A stretch of 64,000 nucleotides of DNA, from NCBI GenBank assembly GCA_017644425.1, contig JAEPLN010000002.1:41268-105267 (forward strand), given 5' to 3'. Made by a program: the position numbers and the translations under genes. This document shows, piece after piece, positions 59,783 through 64,000 of this stretch (position 1 is the stretch's first letter; each line of letters opens with the position of its first letter). The notes under the pieces were generated by a model that saw only the letters and a program-made list of their open reading frames with translations, made no database searches and was not told the DNA's origin. This DNA comes from Prochlorococcus marinus CUG1433. Lineage in GTDB: Bacteria > Cyanobacteriota > Cyanobacteriia > PCC-6307 > Cyanobiaceae.

Positions 59783-60652
59783 TTAAACAATAAACTTTTC
59801 TAAATCTTTTAATTGATATTCATTGATTAGTTCCACTTTATTTGATTTTGCTAGTTGATGAGCAGACTTCGTAAAGCCAGATTTTGACACTATTATTGCA
59901 TGTGTACCTTTCCAAAATAATTTACCAGCTGAAATTTCCTGAACTGCTTTATTTCCAATGGCTTTTTCATGATCTTTGCATTGTATACATATTCTCAAAT
60001 CATTTATTGACGCAATTAAGTCAACCCCTTGATCTCCTGTATTAGGTGTTTCTTTTACTTCCCAACCATTTTGTTTGAGAATTTCCATACAATGATTTTC
60101 AAATCTAATACCTTTTTTGTAGTTTCCCTTGTTTTTACTTGAGTAGTTTTTTTCTATTAAGTTTAAGCATGATTTCTCTATTTGACTTGCTATGAAAACA
60201 AACCAATCTTCAGTCTCGAGCTTTCTAATAGATCCAACTATCTCATCATCAATAGTAGGATTTTCGTTACAATAAGATCTCCACTTTTCGAAAAATAATT
60301 CCATACTTCCAAATTTTTTTAAAATTACTTTTTCCCAGAAGTATGGTATACCCTCTTTAAATCGCTTAGATCCATTAAATATATTTTTCTCAATGGCTTT
60401 TTCATCAAGAGGTGGATTGCCAATCCATTTTTTAAAATCTTCGTTACCGTAAGCATCTATTTCTCTTAATCTGATCCTTTCCTCTAACAAATTGTATTTG
60501 TTCTCGTCTATTAAATTATTAATTGTTTGAATAAAGAAATTGGAATTTAAGGCATTATTTAATTTTAATTTTTTCTTTTTAATTTGATAATCTCTTACAA
60601 TTATAAAAATTAAAAAAATGATAAAAATAATTAAAATAAAAAAAATTTTCAT
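59783..60652 (-). CDS. membrane-anchored Mrr-cat (PD-(D/E)xK restriction-endonuclease-fold) protein
   Basis: 289 aa. N-terminal TM helix (IFFILIIFIIFLIFIIV), a ~150-aa unknown middle region, and a C-terminal FENHCMEILKQNGWEV...GDQGVDLIA...ICIQCKDH...IIVSKSGFTKSA matching the Mrr_cat D...D-x-QCK core. Confidence 0.75.
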   Translation of the reverse strand: MKIFFILIIFIIFLIFIIVRDYQIKKKKLKLNNALNSNFFIQTINNLIDENKYNLLEERIRLREIDAYGNEDFKKWIGNPPLDEKAIEKNIFNGSKRFKEGIPYFWEKVILKKFGSMELFFEKWRSYCNENPTIDDEIVGSIRKLETEDWFVFIASQIEKSCLNLIEKNYSSKNKGNYKKGIRFENHCMEILKQNGWEVKETPNTGDQGVDLIASINDLRICIQCKDHEKAIGNKAVQEISAGKLFWKGTHAIIVSKSGFTKSAHQLAKSNKVELINEYQLKDLEKFIV

Positions 60653-60665
60653 TAAAGATTTTTAT

Positions 60666-60917
60666 CTAAAAAGTCTTTGTTTTTCTAATAACAAAATTAT
60701 TTTTTGTTATTACTGAAGATTCATTTACTTCAAACCCATTAATTGCTGATATTTCTCCTTTTATGCCTTCTAATGTTAATTGTTCGATAATCCCTTTTAT
60801 TACTTCATCCTCGACCAATTTTCTATCAATTCTTTCAGGCGTAATATCTGTAAGCCATTTTGAGGTCTTTTTTTTAACAACCTCTGTAGAGTTAGTTATT
60901 TTTAAGTAGATAGCCAT
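60666..60917 (-). CDS. hypothetical 83-aa protein, 13 nt upstream of the nuclease gene
   Basis: 83-aa ORF of normal composition. No family recognised. Confidence 0.45.
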   Translation of the reverse strand: MAIYLKITNSTEVVKKKTSKWLTDITPERIDRKLVEDEVIKGIIEQLTLEGIKGEISAINGFEVNESSVITKNNFVIRKTKTF

Positions 60918-60957
60918 TTTTTAAGTCTTTCACTTGAATTATAATCATTAAATCTTC

Positions 60958-61155
60958 TTAACTTTTATTATTGTCATTACTTTCCCACTCAAGAAATTGA
61001 AAAACAAAAATTGCAAAGATAGAGAAAAATACTATAAACAACCCTAACCATCCTATAAATTTGTGCTCTGTAAAAAGATTTGTGAGCATTGATTTTTCTT
61101 GATATCTTGATTCCATTTCATATTGATAAGAATCAATAACTTGAAATATATTCAT
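60958..61155 (-). CDS. hypothetical small single-TM protein
   Basis: 65-aa ORF with one helix (FIGWLGLFIVFFSIFAIFVF). Confidence 0.4.
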   Translation of the reverse strand: MNIFQVIDSYQYEMESRYQEKSMLTNLFTEHKFIGWLGLFIVFFSIFAIFVFQFLEWESNDNNKS

Positions 61156-61197
61156 AATTAATGAATTAATAAATCGTTCATTTGGCGAAAAATAATT

Positions 61198-61617
61198 TCA
61201 ACCGTTTAATTTGCTAAAGGCTTCCGATAGGAAATCTGGCCTTTTTCTTATTATAGAAAAATTCAGTTTATTTATTAAGACTAAATTTACTACAGCAATA
61301 GTTAAGATTTCATTTTTCTTGTTATAAAATTTTGAAATTACATTAATCCTAGGACTTTTATCAATATTGAATTCGCTCTCGATTGTTATTTTTTCACCAA
61401 GAAATAAAGGAGATTTATATTTTATTGAAGTATTGATTAAAGGTAAATCTAAGCCATTTTTAGTTAGTTCGAAATAACTTATACCTACTTCTGAAAGTGC
61501 ATTTATTCGGCTTTCTTCAAGCCAATTAAAATATTTACCGTGCCACATTACGCCTGCATGATCAGCATGTTGAGGTAAAACAATTTTTTCTATTTTCCAA
61601 ACTGGTTTTGAGTTCAT
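61198..61617 (-). CDS. hotdog-fold acyl-CoA thioesterase (4HBT/YbgC-like; possibly DHNA-CoA thioesterase)
   Basis: 139 aa. N-terminal pattern ...VLPQHADHAGVMWHGKYFNWLEESR is typical of 4HBT thioesterases. Confidence 0.75.
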   Translation of the reverse strand: MNSKPVWKIEKIVLPQHADHAGVMWHGKYFNWLEESRINALSEVGISYFELTKNGLDLPLINTSIKYKSPLFLGEKITIESEFNIDKSPRINVISKFYNKKNEILTIAVVNLVLINKLNFSIIRKRPDFLSEAFSKLNG

Positions 61618-61721
61618 CTTTTATTTAAAAAATATTTTTTTTAATGAAAAAACTTATTTTGATATTGTAGATTAATTTTGTTTATTAACATAAGAATCAT
61701 CAAAACTATATTTATAAAGTT

Positions 61722-61958
61722 ATGTTTAATCGTAAAAATAGAAGTAGAAAAATGAAGAAGATTTTTCAATGGGAAGAATATTTAAATTGGAAAAATATGT
61801 CAAAGGAACAGAAATTAAATTTTAAGAGGGCGTGCTTATTTCCCTTTCTCGTCTATATGGTTTATGTTTTTCTTAATCAATACTCCTTAGCAATTCTTTT
61901 GTTACTAGGGGTTTATTTTTTAATTAGATTTAAAAATAGAAATAAGTTGGGAAGATAA
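61722..61958 (+). CDS. hypothetical small membrane protein
   Basis: 78-aa ORF with a basic N-terminus and 2 helices. Confidence 0.4.
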   Translation: MFNRKNRSRKMKKIFQWEEYLNWKNMSKEQKLNFKRACLFPFLVYMVYVFLNQYSLAILLLLGVYFLIRFKNRNKLGR

Positions 61959-62049
61959 ATATTTTTGATTTTGATTTATATATATTTGTTTTAAAATTTT
62001 CTAGTTTTTTTAAATAACTCTATTTGCATATAACAATGGTATTAGATAA

Positions 62050-62295
62050 ATGTTTTTTATGAAAAGAATTGTTTTGTTTTTATTTGTATTAGTTTTTTCA
62101 ATATTTTCTAATACGAATAATTTATTAGCAAAAGAAATTGAAAATAACATTAAAGATAATATTTCTAATGAAATTGAAGAGATTAATCCTGATAATAAAA
62201 AAACTAATATTTCTAATTCTTCGTTAGAAGATATATTTGGTGATGAACAAACTTTTCCATTCGTTGCTGGTTTAGGGAAAAATGCAGCCCATTGA
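62050..62295 (+). CDS. hypothetical secreted acidic protein
   Basis: 81-aa ORF with a signal peptide. Confidence 0.4.
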   Translation: MFFMKRIVLFLFVLVFSIFSNTNNLLAKEIENNIKDNISNEIEEINPDNKKTNISNSSLEDIFGDEQTFPFVAGLGKNAAH

Positions 62296-62337
62296 TTTTA
62301 AGGTTCTTGATAATATAGAAAAGATTTTTTAATACTA

Positions 62338-62502
62338 ATGAAAGGTCTAAGAGTCCTAGAACTTTCTGAAGCACTTAATGTTGATAGCCCTGATTTATTA
62401 GCTGTTTGTGCAATTCTAAAAATAAAAGCCACATCTAGATTAAGCATGCTTTCATTTGAAGAATGTAAAAAGATAACTGATTACTATGAAAATAATAATT
62501 AG
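62338..62502 (+). CDS. 54-aa protein resembling an IF2 N-terminal (IF2_N) domain
   Basis: Hand-translated as MKGLRVLELSEALNVDSPDLLAVCAILKIKATSRLSMLSFEECKKITDYYENNN. The pattern (R)V-x-ELA-x2-L-x(4)-LL-x2-C...K-x(3)-S-x-LS-x-EE resembles IF2_N (by eye). Confidence 0.4.
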   Translation: MKGLRVLELSEALNVDSPDLLAVCAILKIKATSRLSMLSFEECKKITDYYENNN

Positions 62503-62520
62503 ATTTTTTTATAAATTATT

Positions 62521-62778
62521 TTATTTTTTAATGTCTTTAATCATTGATACTAAAGTTGAATGAATTTCTTCTTCAGATATTTCATTTTTAAAATTGATAA
62601 TTGCTGATTGTCCATCGTAATTGATTTTTATATAACTATTATTAATTTCTTCCATATAAGCATTCTCAAATCTTGAAATTTTCCCATAATGAATAAGATA
62701 TTTGTGCACTGAATCTATGTGATCATTATTCATGTGATCACAAACTCTTTTACTTGTTTCTTTACTAATAATTTTCAT
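62521..62778 (-). CDS. DUF2470-like protein
   Basis: 85 aa. CDHMNNDHIDS matches the (I/V)-x2-HMN-x-DH signature of DUF2470 (from memory). Confidence 0.6.
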   Translation of the reverse strand: MKIISKETSKRVCDHMNNDHIDSVHKYLIHYGKISRFENAYMEEINNSYIKINYDGQSAIINFKNEISEEEIHSTLVSMIKDIKK

Positions 62779-62795
62779 TTAAATATAGATTTCTT

Positions 62796-63803
62796 TTAAG
62801 CTAATCTATTTTTTTCATTATTCAAAGTTTTAATCATTTTAATTATTAAATTTTTAACTTCATTTTTATCAACAGCTCTTACTAAGTTATTTCTCAAATT
62901 TGATGCTCCTTTAAAGTCTTTGCATGTCCATGAGATATGTTTCCTTGCAATTAGCAATCCGTGATCTCCTTTTTCTTTTATTAATTCATCAAGATGCTCA
63001 ATAATTAAATATAGTTTTTCTTCTGTGTTTGGTTCTTTAAAATTTTTATTTTCTCTAATGGCATAATCTATTTCTCCTATTTTCCATGGGGATCCTAAAA
63101 TTCCTCGTCCAATCATTACACCATCAGCATTTGTTTTTTTTAGACAATTAAGAGCGTCATCTGGATTTTTGATATCTCCATTAGCAATTACTGGAATTTC
63201 CAAAAACTTTTTAAGTCTCCCGATCATTTCCCAATCTGACTTACCTGAAAAACCCTGTTTTCTTGTTCTTCCGTGAAGTGTGATCATAGTTGCGCCCGCA
63301 TCTTGAAGTTTAAATAAGAAATCCTCTATATTTTCTTCTTTACTATCCCATCCGAGTCGTGTTTTTACTGTTACTGGAACCCTAACAGCTTTTACAACAT
63401 TCTTGACTAATTCTATAGCAAGTTTTCGATCTTTAATTAAAGCACTGCCTCCACCTTTCTTTGCAATTTTTTTTACTGGACATCCCATATTTATATCAAT
63501 TAAGAAAGCCCCATAGTCCTCAGCTTGTTTCGCGGCTTCAGAAACAGCGTATGGCCTATTATCAAATATTTGTACTCCAACTGGACCCTCTTCTAAATCT
63601 ATTTGATTGATTTTTTGTGTTCCAAACCCTTTTTTAAGACTTGTGGCATTTATCATTTCTGTAAAAAGTAAAGAGTTTGGAGCCCATTTACGTACAAGTC
63701 GCCTAAAAATGTTATCTGTAACTCCTGCTAATGGGGATAGCATGACCTTACTCGTAATTATCCTGTTAACGCCTCTTCCTTTTAGCTTTATATTTGAAGA
63801 CAT
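62796..63803 (-). CDS. dus: tRNA-dihydrouridine synthase
   Basis: 335 aa. MLSPLAGVTD, DINMGCPVKK (catalytic Cys) and TLHGRTRKQ are Dus family landmarks. Confidence 0.9.
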   Translation of the reverse strand: MSSNIKLKGRGVNRIITSKVMLSPLAGVTDNIFRRLVRKWAPNSLLFTEMINATSLKKGFGTQKINQIDLEEGPVGVQIFDNRPYAVSEAAKQAEDYGAFLIDINMGCPVKKIAKKGGGSALIKDRKLAIELVKNVVKAVRVPVTVKTRLGWDSKEENIEDFLFKLQDAGATMITLHGRTRKQGFSGKSDWEMIGRLKKFLEIPVIANGDIKNPDDALNCLKKTNADGVMIGRGILGSPWKIGEIDYAIRENKNFKEPNTEEKLYLIIEHLDELIKEKGDHGLLIARKHISWTCKDFKGASNLRNNLVRAVDKNEVKNLIIKMIKTLNNEKNRLA

Positions 63804-64000
63804 ATGATATTAAACTTATTTAACTTCTTTATTGTAAACCTAGTATGGAGTTTATTTTATGTTTTCTATTTTATTTAATCTTTAATTAGTAATTTTATTT
63901 AAATAGGCCTAATTCAATACTTTTTTTGCTAGTTTATATTAAATTGAAATTATAAAAGGAAATTTTTCTTGTATATATTTTATTCTATTTTTCTTCCAAT

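Noticed and set aside
50046-62520. The islet as an integrative mobile element or prophage remnant
   Set aside because: I could not find an integrase, transposase, phage structural gene, flanking tRNA or flanking direct repeats. It is described only as a variable islet.

Overview
AT-rich window (about 30% G+C by eye, not computed). Gene content and protein sequences look like a high-light-adapted Prochlorococcus marinus-type chromosome; the strain cannot be determined without a search. 1-37 kb holds tightly packed core genes: malQ fragment, prs, sasA, tRNA-Glu, petH, zwf-opcA, cobB, crtE, folD, leuA, GH57, crtL, gyrA, guaB-like, Yfr1 sRNA, trxA, hisH, rsmD, petG, cytM, chlI, ruvC, sufE, hom, part of a peptide/nickel-type ABC importer, MFS and PfkB kinase. 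37-50 kb looks accessory. It holds a circularly permuted ATP-grasp / alpha-E / transglutaminase operon and a Zur-type zinc locus (WD40, COG0523 GTPase, ZnuA, ZnuC, Zur, ZnuB) with two related Fur-family operator candidates. 50-62.5 kb is an islet of about 35 mostly tiny, lineage-specific-looking ORFs. Recognisable members are DUF1499, OsmC, TM2, two fibrillin paralogues, Nif11, DUF1330, MAPEG, a membrane-anchored Mrr-type nuclease and a thioesterase, plus two adjacent sRNA-like genes. Most interesting observations: (1) a ~125-aa unrecognised domain is inserted in both the ZnuA His-rich loop and the neighbouring COG0523 metallochaperone; (2) a second RNA carrying the exact Yfr1 core motif lies next to a Yfr2-like RNA with a near-complementary 5' end; (3) the uncharacterised ATP-grasp/alpha-E/transglutaminase module; (4) zur lies antisense between znuC and znuB with 13- and 17-nt gaps; (5) a membrane-anchored Mrr-cat nuclease sits 13 nt from a small upstream ORF. 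No rRNA, CRISPR array, transposase or integrase was seen. All family assignments come from motif recognition by eye and memory; no searches were run.
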